Part shown: positions 1-8,201 of the stretch, in pieces
Layout of the letters: each line of letters opens with the position of its first letter
Position numbering within the stretch: position 1 is the first letter of the stretch
Assembly (NCBI GenBank): GCA_038056025.1
Contig: JBBUGO010000005.1
Coordinates: 1-53,489 of the forward strand
Origin: Patescibacteria group bacterium
Lineage (GTDB): Bacteria; Patescibacteriota; Minisyncoccia; 2-02-FULL-40-12; GWA2-44-9
DNA: 53,489 nt
Direction: 5' to 3'
Notes under the pieces: model-generated
Database searches by the model: none
The model's input: the letters and a program-made list of their open reading frames with translations, nothing else
What the model was told of the DNA's origin: nothing
Program-made: the position numbers and the translations under genes

Positions 1-576
1 GGCGGATTTAACACTCACGGATTACAGTTTAATTTCGGGGGCCCCTTCGATTTCTCTCAGGGCAAGGGGGGGATTGAAGATATTTTCGATTTGTTCTCAA
101 ACGCATTTGGCGGTGGCAGTCCGTTCGGCGCTCAAGGCAGGCGAGCGGCAAAAGGCGAGGACCTTCGTTTTCAAGTAGAGTTGAATAAACATGATTTAGG
201 GCAAAAGAAAGTATTCGAATATGAAGCATACGCAACCTGTAAAGAGTGTGGGGCTACGGGAGTAGCGCCAGGATCAAAACTGGTTGATTGTACCACGTGC
301 AAGGGCGTGGGCCGCGTCCAGCAGAACGTAAGAACACCGTTCGGCACATTTACCCAAGCTGGCATCTGCGGCGCGTGCCTTGGACGGCGCAAAGTGCCGG
401 AAAAAAAGTGCCAGGTATGTCACGGGATTGGCCGCGCAAGGGTCCATAAAAAAATGGAAATCCATATCCCGCCTGACATAAAAGACGACTACAACATTAT
501 TATGCCAAAACAAGGCAACGCCGGAGCTGAAGGCGCTCCTGCGGGGGATCTTCTCATTAATTTGAAACTGAAATAG
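1..576 (+). CDS. dnaJ: Chaperone DnaJ, 5'-partial. The window starts in the G/F-rich region and the protein stops just after the zinc-finger/CTD-I segment.
   Basis: Frame 1 is open from nt 1 (GGFNTHGLQFNFGGPFDF...). Four Cys-pair repeats are present: CKECGATG, CTTCKGVG, CGACLGRR, CQVCHGIG. APAGDL lies just before the stop. Confidence 0.85.
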   Translation, partial: GGFNTHGLQFNFGGPFDFSQGKGGIEDIFDLFSNAFGGGSPFGAQGRRAAKGEDLRFQVELNKHDLGQKKVFEYEAYATCKECGATGVAPGSKLVDCTTCKGVGRVQQNVRTPFGTFTQAGICGACLGRRKVPEKKCQVCHGIGRARVHKKMEIHIPPDIKDDYNIIMPKQGNAGAEGAPAGDLLINLKLK

Positions 577-591
577 TGTTAGAATGCTCTC

Positions 592-1137
592 ATGAAGCAG
601 TTGCAGAATTTTCTTACTCGTTTTGACCTTGGCAATCTGCAAGGGTTTTTGGATATCTTCACCGGCCCTCAACAGCTGTTTCTCTTGCTTGTATTGCTTC
701 TTATCTTCCTCTACGGCATGAGCGTGGGCAAAACGAGAGCCCTGGTATCCCTCCTGGGCATCTACGTGGCGTATATGCTGACGGTGATGTTCCCGTATTT
801 TGATTGGCTGAAAACAATTCTGAAAACAAATACTCACCCGGGTATCGTACAAACCGGCCTCTTTTTGGGAATATACATGTTGGTATTTTTTGTGTTGAAT
901 CACTCTTCGCTCAAGGGACGCCTTTCGATGGGAGAAATGTCGCTAACCCAAGTATTGTTGGTGAGTTTATTCCAAATCGGGTTTCTTATGAGCATCATCG
1001 CGTCGTTCTTGCCGCGTGAGTTGGCGCCCGCCAATGCCCAGCAATTGTACCCGTACATCAGCACGCCCAAGGCAGTATTTTTCTGGGCGGTTGCATCGGT
1101 GGTGATATTGCCATTTATGAAACCTCGCCGGGAATAA
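592..1137 (+). CDS. Hypothetical polytopic membrane protein (181 aa)
   Basis: The ORF starts 16 nt after the dnaJ stop. It has 4-5 hydrophobic helices (LFLLLVLLLIFLYGM, LLGIYVAYMLTVMF, GLFLGIYMLVFFVL, LLVSLFQIGFLMSIIASFL, VFFWAVASVVILPF). No family recognised. Confidence 0.6.
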   Translation: MKQLQNFLTRFDLGNLQGFLDIFTGPQQLFLLLVLLLIFLYGMSVGKTRALVSLLGIYVAYMLTVMFPYFDWLKTILKTNTHPGIVQTGLFLGIYMLVFFVLNHSSLKGRLSMGEMSLTQVLLVSLFQIGFLMSIIASFLPRELAPANAQQLYPYISTPKAVFFWAVASVVILPFMKPRRE

Positions 1138-1212
1138 AAACGAAACCCGGTAGAGCTAAGCCGACTAGAAACACGTCAGCTGGTTCTACCGGGCGAAAGG
1201 CCCCTAACAGGA

Positions 1213-1539
1213 CTAAGGACCCGCTACGACTACAACTGTGACCGCGAGCATGTACACGACGGCACTTGTTATCAGGAAGCACAGACCGAAGACGAGTCCG
1301 TCGAATGTTCCCCCGACCCATCCACGCATCTCTTCTTCTGGCGTCGTTTCCAGCCGATCCGGCCTCTTGACCGGAAAGAGAGTCATAAGCAGGATGAGAA
1401 GCCAGATGCATACGAAAACGATTTTCGGTGTCGAAAAAATCGCAGTTGCGATGCCCGACAGGGCTCCATACCCGGAGCCGAAGCCGAATCCCCAGAGAAT
1501 CGAAAGGGGAGCGGTCCGAAATCTTTCTAGGAGCTTCAT
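1213..1539 (-). CDS. Small membrane protein (108 aa), SD-led cassette gene
   Basis: GGAGGGAGG lies directly upstream of the ATG. Hydrophobic segments are present. It starts 8 nt after the stop of the upstream ORF, in a locally GC-richer patch. Confidence 0.6.
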   Translation of the reverse strand: MKLLERFRTAPLSILWGFGFGSGYGALSGIATAIFSTPKIVFVCIWLLILLMTLFPVKRPDRLETTPEEEMRGWVGGTFDGLVFGLCFLITSAVVYMLAVTVVVVAGP

Positions 1540-1547
1540 CCTCCCTC

Positions 1548-1895
1548 CTAGCGCTTGAACGTAAGGCCGGGCAGAAGGCCGGGCCAGACGAGATTGCTCA
1601 TCAGGGTGAATGTTAGGAACAGGGAGTAACTGACCACAACAGCTCCGACGAGCACCGCTCGCTTCTGTTGCACTGAAACCGCGTTGTAGCTCTGTTCGTG
1701 GTGGTAGCGATACATCACCCAGAACGCGGGAGCGGTGAAACAGAGCAGAAAGCCAACCACGAACGTCAGGGCACTTGCCGCAGTGAGCGAGGTGACTGCG
1801 AGACCGGTTACGAACCCAACGAGGTTCCCTTCGTGGAGATCTTCGCGGTTGCGCAGTCGCATCTGGAAGAACTCCACTTGCAACGTTCGAAACAT
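1548..1895 (-). CDS. Small membrane protein (about 115 aa), SD-led cassette gene
   Basis: The ORF track gives 1548..1922. I prefer the internal ATG at 1895 (MFRTLQ...) because AAGGAGG sits 5 nt upstream. It has 3 hydrophobic segments. Confidence 0.55.
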   Translation of the reverse strand: MFRTLQVEFFQMRLRNREDLHEGNLVGFVTGLAVTSLTAASALTFVVGFLLCFTAPAFWVMYRYHHEQSYNAVSVQQKRAVLVGAVVVSYSLFLTFTLMSNLVWPGLLPGLTFKR

Positions 1896-1939
1896 ACCCA
1901 CCTCCTTGCCTATATTATACATTCCTCCTCTATAAATGT

Positions 1940-1963
1940 AAAGACCCCGATATCGGGGTCTTT
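1940..1963. terminator. Palindromic stem-loop downstream of efp
   Basis: The sequence is AAAGACCCCGATATCGGGGTCTTT, a perfect palindrome flanked by A/T runs. It lies between the efp 3' end and the start of the next minus-strand gene. Confidence 0.6.
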
Positions 1964-2096
1964 ACGCGATAAGTGAAGACGTTTATTTGCCTTTTTCCGC
2001 TCGTTCAATCCCGCACTCCATCCGGCATAAGCCGACTATGCTATTGCATTCGTCTAGTGCAAGATGCCGAATGAGTGACGGGACGGGCATATTCGC

Positions 2097-2672
2097 CTAC
2101 CTGTTTTTTCCCGCGCGTTCTACGTATTCACCAGTCGCTGTGTTTACCACGACCACATCGCCCTCATTGATAAACAGGGGAGCGTTAATTGATGCGCCAG
2201 TATCGAGTTTCACCTGCTTTACGCCGCCTTGGGCAGTGTCGCCGCGAATGGCGGGAGGTGCCTCGACAACTTTGAATTCCATTTTTACGGGTAAATCCAC
2301 ATTAATAACGGCATCGTTAAACAGCATTGCCTCGAGAGTCGTATTCGGCTTAAGAAAATGCACCTGATCCCCGATAACTTCTTTGGAGAGTTCGAATCGC
2401 TTAGACGGATCGTTCGGATCAATAAACCAGTACTCATCACGATGAGCGTAGAGGAATTTTACCGGCTTCTTGACGATGTCGGCCTCTTCAAACACATCAG
2501 ATTGTGCAAAGTTGCGTTCAAGCATCTTGCCGTTCAGGAGATTGCGCATTTTGGTCTGCACAACCGGCCGGCGCTGCTGCATTTTTAAATGATGCGTCTC
2601 TAAAACCATATAGGGCTGGTCTTCGTAGATGAAATATGTTTTTGGCTTAAGTTGATTGACGGTAATAGACAT
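2097..2672 (-). CDS. efp: Translation elongation factor P
   Basis: The 191-aa ORF aligns full-length by eye to EF-P (YMVLE..., GDTAQGGVKQVKLDTGASINAPLFINEGDVVVVNTATGEYVERA). Confidence 0.95.
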   Translation of the reverse strand: MSITVNQLKPKTYFIYEDQPYMVLETHHLKMQQRRPVVQTKMRNLLNGKMLERNFAQSDVFEEADIVKKPVKFLYAHRDEYWFIDPNDPSKRFELSKEVIGDQVHFLKPNTTLEAMLFNDAVINVDLPVKMEFKVVEAPPAIRGDTAQGGVKQVKLDTGASINAPLFINEGDVVVVNTATGEYVERAGKNR

Positions 2673-2719
2673 AGCAAGTAGAAATTATAACAGAATTTAT
2701 AGGAATTGCAATATTTGTT

Positions 2720-2838
2720 ATCGCTCCCTTATCAGTCCCCGAAAAGGCACGACGTTCCCATCCTTACTGATGGGCCGTCTTCTTCCCGTCCCTCTTCGGG
2801 ACTCCGAAAATCCTTTTTGGGGACTGATTACGGTCGCT
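2720..2838 (+). repeat. Family A structured repeat, copy A1
   Basis: ATCGCTCCCTTATCAGTCCCCGAAAAGGCACGACGTTCCCATCCTTACTGATGGGCCGTCTTCTTCCCGTCCCTCTTCGGGACTCCGAAAATCCTTTTTGGGGACTGATTACGGTCGCT. It is nearly identical, in inverted orientation, to 40984..41102. Confidence 0.9.
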
Positions 2839-3073
2839 AACGAACACTGGTCCGTAAAAAACAAGAAGCCCCACACGGTATAAGCTGTGGGGCTTCTGAG
2901 TGGCAGGGCGCAGAAAGTGAGAGACTAATCGGGGGTGAATAGGGCAACAAGCCCTATCACCAACAAACCAGTCGTTGCCACGATCCAAGCCACAAACCGT
3001 ATCTTTTCGCGCATGCTCATCTAACTCCTCCAGTATGCTAATCATAGCACCAATAGATGTTCTTGTCAATCCT

Positions 3074-3877
3074 CTAGAGACGAGTGTTTTGCGAGAAAAG
3101 CGTGAGGAGAAAGATGACGCCGCCGGCGAGGACCACCATAGGGCCGGGGGAGAAATTATAGAAATATGCCAAGAGAATGCCTGCGCCGGCGGCAACACCG
3201 CCGAGAATGCTTGCCATCCAGGTATACGAAAACATATTTGATGCAAGGTTCTTTGCAGCCGCTGCCGGAATGATAACCAGCGAACCCATAAGAAGCGTTC
3301 CCGCGACATTGAGGCCAAGAGCAACGATCAGCGCAACGAGCATCAAAAATAAGAAATGAATATGTCGAACGGCAATCCCCGATGCTTTTGCCAGGTCACT
3401 GGAAATAATAGACAGTATAAATCCTTTGCGGGCATAGGACATGACGCCAAACGTGATGCCTACCGCAAGAATGGCGATAAAAAGGTCAGCTGGTCCGATT
3501 TTCGCGATGTCGCCGAACAATGCCTCGAGAAGTTCCGGTTCGGGAGTTAAGAGAAGTCCCAGCGCTAAACTAATGGTGAAGAAAATGCCAACCAGTGTTT
3601 CAGAAGGAAGATTGGTACGTTGCTCGAGTGTCCAAATACCAATAACTGCAATCGTCAACGCGGCAAACGCACCGATAAAGGGATTGATATGCAACAATAG
3701 CGCCAATGCAATACCGGGCAATGCAACGTGAGAGAGCGCATCGCCCACGAGGGACATACGCTTGAGCACCATAAACGCTCCAAGATACCCTGCGCCCAAG
3801 CCGATAGTAATACCAGTTAAGAGTTGCAGGAGAAGTGGATCATTCATGGTGATGCTGATAGAAGCTCGTCTGGCCAC
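3074..3877 (-). CDS. ABC-3 type (ZnuB/MntB/TroC-like) metal-ion ABC transporter permease
   Basis: Polytopic protein with LVGDALSHVALPGIA and the overall ABC-3 layout. The likely true start is MNDPL at 3847, which overlaps the ATPase stop by 8 nt. Confidence 0.85.
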   Translation of the reverse strand: MARRASISITMNDPLLLQLLTGITIGLGAGYLGAFMVLKRMSLVGDALSHVALPGIALALLLHINPFIGAFAALTIAVIGIWTLEQRTNLPSETLVGIFFTISLALGLLLTPEPELLEALFGDIAKIGPADLFIAILAVGITFGVMSYARKGFILSIISSDLAKASGIAVRHIHFLFLMLVALIVALGLNVAGTLLMGSLVIIPAAAAKNLASNMFSYTWMASILGGVAAGAGILLAYFYNFSPGPMVVLAGGVIFLLTLFSQNTRL

Positions 3878-4550
3878 CGTATAGCTTTGTCAGAGCCGCC
3901 GGGTCCAGTACCTCCTGCGGGACTCCGTAACAAATCATGGATTGGTTGAGGCACATAACAGTGTTGGCGTATTTGTACACGATGTTTAAATCGTGCGAAA
4001 CGAGAATAAGAGTTAAATTATGCTGACGCCGCATTTTGTCGAGAAGTGTGTAAATGGTCTCCTCTCCTCCTACATCAACACCCGACGTCGGTTCGTCGTA
4101 GAGGAGGATGTCGGGATGATCGGCGAGCGACCACGCGACCATCACACGCTGAAATTGACCCCCCGACAAGAGTCCGAGACGCTGATTGAGAATATGGTGA
4201 TGCAGATGGTACGAATCATGGTCACCGAGACCAACGGACCGCAAGAGTTCAATAATCTTTTCATGCGAGGGCTCTTTCAATTGCATAAACTCTCGTACGC
4301 TCAAAGGGAATGTGTGTTCGATGGCCAGTTTTTGCGGTACGTAACCAATTTTGGGATTACCAGACCATTCAACATCTCCTTCGTGAGGCACGAGGCCCAG
4401 TAATGCGCGCAAGAGCACGGACTTGCCGGAACCATTGGGTCCTACAATTGCCAACACATCACCGCGGTTGACGCGAAAAGAAACATCCTTGAGGACGTCT
4501 CGTTCAAAACGAACGCTAAGATGGTTGACAGCCAAGAGGGGACTATCCAC
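3840..4550 (-). CDS. Metal-ion ABC transporter ATP-binding protein (ZnuC-like)
   Basis: Walker A is GPNGSGKS, the ABC signature is LSGGQFQR, and Walker B is ILLYDEP. The C-terminus has an HHHE tail. Confidence 0.9.
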   Translation of the reverse strand: MDSPLLAVNHLSVRFERDVLKDVSFRVNRGDVLAIVGPNGSGKSVLLRALLGLVPHEGDVEWSGNPKIGYVPQKLAIEHTFPLSVREFMQLKEPSHEKIIELLRSVGLGDHDSYHLHHHILNQRLGLLSGGQFQRVMVAWSLADHPDILLYDEPTSGVDVGGEETIYTLLDKMRRQHNLTLILVSHDLNIVYKYANTVMCLNQSMICYGVPQEVLDPAALTKLYGGQTSFYQHHHE

Positions 4551-4562
4551 TCGTTCATTATA

Positions 4563-5477
4563 TCATGCGAGCGTACTTCCAAGAAAGGAAGAATGTCCAT
4601 CTGCAAATGTTTTTATATCCATCGCCTTTTTGCCTTCGAGCTGGATGACATCTGGGGCAAGAAGGCCCTCGCCAGCTTCAATGGCGATAATGCCGTTTGT
4701 TTTTCCTACCAAGCCAGTTTGACCAGTAGTATCACCACTTACGATATGAGCGCGAGATATTTTTAGCGTTTTATTGCCAAAGAGCGTCCATGTCCCCGGT
4801 TCGGGATTGAGTGCGCGGATACGGTTGTAGATTTCTTCTGCGGATTTAGACCAGTTAATGCGCGCATCGTCGCGAGTGATTATTTTGGTAAAAGTCGCTT
4901 TGGCATGGTCTTGGGATTGGGGCAAGAGGGCTCTGGTTATATACCCACCGAGAGAATCGATGAGGAGCTTGTTTCCCTGTTCTGCGTAGTACGACAAAAG
5001 TTCGGGAAAGTATTTATCATGCGGGATGGGAAGTTTTATTTGAGCAATAATGGGACCGCTGTCAACTTCGGGAGCAAGCATCGCTAAAGTAACGCCGCTT
5101 TCTTTCTCCCCGTTGAGGATGGCGGTTTGGAGAGGCGATGGTCCGCGATATGCGGGCAAGAGTGAAAAATGAATATTCAAAAAACCAAACTTGGGCACGG
5201 CAAGATACTCCGCAGGAAATATTTTTCCGTATGCAATCACTACGCAAATGTCAGGTGCTGATTCTTTGAATATCGTTAAGAACGAACCGTTCCGGAGAGA
5301 TGCCGGCTGATATACCGGTATATTCGCTTGCTGGGCAAATACTTTGACATGGGGTGAAAGCGGCTTGTCCGGTTTTGTGACTACCGCAACAACGTTACGA
5401 TGCGCGTCCAGAAGCGCTTTCAGGGTACTCACCGTGAAGGCGGGAGAGCCAAAAAAGATGATTCGTTCACTTACCAT
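4563..5477 (-). CDS. fmt: Methionyl-tRNA formyltransferase
   Basis: IIFFGSPAFTV N-terminus, NIHFSLLPAYRGPSPLQTAILNGE core, and a C-terminal OB-like domain. It overlaps def by 11 nt. Confidence 0.95.
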   Translation of the reverse strand: MVSERIIFFGSPAFTVSTLKALLDAHRNVVAVVTKPDKPLSPHVKVFAQQANIPVYQPASLRNGSFLTIFKESAPDICVVIAYGKIFPAEYLAVPKFGFLNIHFSLLPAYRGPSPLQTAILNGEKESGVTLAMLAPEVDSGPIIAQIKLPIPHDKYFPELLSYYAEQGNKLLIDSLGGYITRALLPQSQDHAKATFTKIITRDDARINWSKSAEEIYNRIRALNPEPGTWTLFGNKTLKISRAHIVSGDTTGQTGLVGKTNGIIAIEAGEGLLAPDVIQLEGKKAMDIKTFADGHSSFLGSTLA

Positions 5478-5928
5478 GCCGGTCTTTTATCGTGATGCCG
5501 TTCAGGTGGTCAGTTTCGTGCTGGAATACACGGGCAAGAAATCCACGCGCCTTAATCTTCAGTTTTTCCCCCGTTTCGGAGAGTGCTTTTAGTTTTACTT
5601 TCTTCGATCTTGAAATCGGGATGTAGTACTGTGGAACCGAAAGGCAACCCTCTTCTATTTCATCTGCATCGTTTGAATACTCGGTAACTTCTGGATTAAT
5701 ATACACATCTGGTTTCTCGTAGGCATCTGCGGTCTTTTTATCAATAACAAAAATACTTACATTGTGTCCAAGTTGATTTGCTGCCAGCCCGATACCGTTA
5801 TGTTCTTTCATGGCCGCCCGCATCTCTTCAATAAGATCTGCATATTTGCCCGAGAGAATATCTTTTTCGGGGACCGAAGTTGTCCCTTTCTTTAATATAG
5901 CGCTTGGGATTTTGACAATTTCTGTCAT
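5467..5928 (-). CDS. def: Peptide deformylase
   Basis: All three PDF motifs are present: GIGLAANQ, EGCLSVP, HETDHLNG. Confidence 0.95.
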   Translation of the reverse strand: MTEIVKIPSAILKKGTTSVPEKDILSGKYADLIEEMRAAMKEHNGIGLAANQLGHNVSIFVIDKKTADAYEKPDVYINPEVTEYSNDADEIEEGCLSVPQYYIPISRSKKVKLKALSETGEKLKIKARGFLARVFQHETDHLNGITIKDRHGK

Positions 5929-5976
5929 GGGTTACAGTGTAAAATAAAAAGCGAAAAGTTGAAAGGAATAGAAAAG

Positions 5977-6270
5977 CTAGGGTAGCTCCTTTTGAAACAA
6001 CTTAATCACCTGTCGTGGATAGAGGGTATTTTTCTTTTTTATCCATTCTAGGAGCTTTAGATAGTCTGCTTCGGTTCTGGTTTTATACACACGGTTCGCA
6101 AAGCTCCAGAAAAGCCGCATATCATCTACAAGGGTCTCATTTTCCCAGTTGATATAAGGGAGATAGGGTTCCGTAATCTCCTGCATGTAATTTCTCGCCT
6201 TTGATTTAGGCTTTCGGGCAAGAATTGTATGGATGTGATCTTTAAAGATTGTCTGGCCAATCGGTTTCAT
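5977..6270 (-). CDS. Hypothetical protein (97 aa)
   Basis: AT-rich ORF with host-like composition, no SD and no recognisable motif. Confidence 0.45.
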   Translation of the reverse strand: MKPIGQTIFKDHIHTILARKPKSKARNYMQEITEPYLPYINWENETLVDDMRLFWSFANRVYKTRTEADYLKLLEWIKKKNTLYPRQVIKLFQKELP

Positions 6271-6362
6271 GGCGCTAGCTTAGCGGTTTCTAGAGAAATT
6301 TAAAGCCCCGCAGGACACACATAAAGAATCAAGTGCATCCTGCGAGGCATCCGTGGCCCGGT

Positions 6363-6731
6363 CTACGATGGAGTCTCGTCGGTGACGACAGAGCTGAGTA
6401 CCATCTTTTCCAGGCCCTTCTTCTCGAGCAAGGAGATGAGCGTCTCACGTGCTTCCTTCTTCATGTCCAGTGCTCGCATGGGCTTGAGGATTGCCACCCA
6501 TTCTTTGATTTCCTTCTCGGTCAAGGGGTCGATTGCGGTGAGCTCGAAGAATCGAGCGCCTTCGATCACTTCGTTGATCTTCGGAAAACGGAATTCCAAG
6601 TTGGAGGGCCAGCAATCCTCAGAAAACCAACGAACCTGCTTCTCGAGTTCACGAGCGAATGCGGCCTTTGCCGCCTGCTGCATCTTTGGGTCTATCTCGT
6701 TCTCCTTATTCTGTCGCCCTCTTCTCAACAA
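6363..6731 (-). CDS. Hypothetical protein (122 aa); start uncertain
   Basis: It sits in a GC-richer patch. The minus frame reads more protein-like than the overlapping plus ORFs 6333..6821 and 6382..6768. The track uses a TTG start. An internal ATG (MQQAAK) has AAGGAG, but that is about 19 nt upstream. Confidence 0.4.
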   Translation of the reverse strand: MLRRGRQNKENEIDPKMQQAAKAAFARELEKQVRWFSEDCWPSNLEFRFPKINEVIEGARFFELTAIDPLTEKEIKEWVAILKPMRALDMKKEARETLISLLEKKGLEKMVLSSVVTDETPS

Positions 6732-6839
6732 GAGCTGCGACCTATGTATACTATACTATCATTTCTAGCTACGAATGTCAAGTATCAGAATTCCACACAA
6801 CAGGTGGAAAATAAGTTTTAAAAAAGCTAAAATTAGAGC

Positions 6840-8201
6840 ATGCCGATACGAGTCCGCATGGCCCCCAGTCCTACAGGAAATCTGCATATTGGTACCGCGC
6901 GTACCACACTTTTTAATTGGCTTTTCGCCCGCAAACACGGCGGGGAGTTTATTTTACGCATTGAGGATACTGATGTTGAGCGCTCGCATAAACACTACGA
7001 AGAAAATATCATCAGCGGACTTGCATGGCTGGGTTTGCATTGGGATGGTCCGATCTATCGACAGACAGAACGGCTTGCGACATACCGGGAGCACCTAGAG
7101 AAGCTTCTAGCAAGTGGGAAGGCGTTCTGGTGCTTTCATACGAAAGAGGAGCTCGAACAGGAGGGGCAGGAGCAACAAGCGCGTAAGGAGGCGCCGCGGC
7201 ATATCTGTAATCATAAGGGACAAGGAACAAGGGAGAGGGGACAAGGAGGGATTATTCGGCTTGCCGTTGATGGAAATTCAACAAGAAAGATTATCTTCCA
7301 CGACATCATACGCGGTGATATTGAATGGCAGGAGCGACTTTTGGGCGATATTAGTTTGGCTAAAGATTTAGACACTCCACTCTATAATTTTGCGGTAGTC
7401 ATTGATGATATGACGATGCAAATCTCGCATGTCATCCGAGGAGAAGACCATATTTCTAATACTCCTAAACAAATTCTTATCTATAAGGCGCTCGGGGTGC
7501 CCCTGCCTCAATTTGCACACCTTCCCCTTATCCTAGCACCGGATAAATCAAAAATTTCCAAGCGAAATGCTGCGATATCTATTGATGATCTTCGTAAGGA
7601 TTATTTGCCGGAAACATTGCTGAACTTTATGGGGACGCTTGGGTATTCCTATTCCCAAGAGGTGATGTCCCTTGAAGAAATGGCCAAGGAATTTGAGCTT
7701 GAGAAAGTTCATAAGAGCGGGGCCGTCTTTAATAGTGATAAGCTGAATTGGCTCAACGCCCAATACATACGGCGCCTTTCACCCGCGCAGGTGCGGGAGG
7801 TGACTGGTGTTGCTACGCTACCTGATGCCGCAATACCTCTCGTGGTCCAACGGTTAGAGCGATTGTCTGATATCCAGCAATTCAATTTCTTTTGGGAGCG
7901 CCCCGACTATGAGCCCGGGCTTTTGGTGTGGAAGGAAGCGTCAAAAGAATCAACCGCGGGTACCCTGGAGGCAGTACGGGAGATTGTGCAACGGCACGCC
8001 AGTCAATCTCTCGAACCGTTGCGGAAATCTCTTGATGAGCTTTCAGAACAGAGTGGGGGACGGGGGAATGTCTATTGGCCGTTTCGTGTTGCTCTTTCAG
8101 GAAAACAGGCATCGCCAGACCCTGTTGAGATCAGCGAAGTTATCGGCATGGAAGAGACAATCGCGAGAATTGAAATTGCGATACAGAAATTAACTTCATG
8201 A
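6840..8201 (+). CDS. gltX: Glutamyl-tRNA synthetase (453 aa)
   Basis: HIGH motif is PTGNLHIGTART and the KMSKS-like motif is KISKRN. Class I GluRS layout. Confidence 0.95.
   Translation: MPIRVRMAPSPTGNLHIGTARTTLFNWLFARKHGGEFILRIEDTDVERSHKHYEENIISGLAWLGLHWDGPIYRQTERLATYREHLEKLLASGKAFWCFHTKEELEQEGQEQQARKEAPRHICNHKGQGTRERGQGGIIRLAVDGNSTRKIIFHDIIRGDIEWQERLLGDISLAKDLDTPLYNFAVVIDDMTMQISHVIRGEDHISNTPKQILIYKALGVPLPQFAHLPLILAPDKSKISKRNAAISIDDLRKDYLPETLLNFMGTLGYSYSQEVMSLEEMAKEFELEKVHKSGAVFNSDKLNWLNAQYIRRLSPAQVREVTGVATLPDAAIPLVVQRLERLSDIQQFNFFWERPDYEPGLLVWKEASKESTAGTLEAVREIVQRHASQSLEPLRKSLDELSEQSGGRGNVYWPFRVALSGKQASPDPVEISEVIGMEETIARIEIAIQKLTS

Noticed and set aside
274-903. Long antisense or overlapping ORFs opposite well-supported genes. 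Examples: 274..903(-), 2764..3324(-), 6333..6821(+), 13592..13879(-), 17070..17552(+), 22623..22919(+), 41829..42290(+), 47353..47955(-).
   Set aside because: Each lies on the opposite strand or an alternative frame of a gene with clear family motifs. They have biased, low-complexity translations typical of shadow ORFs.
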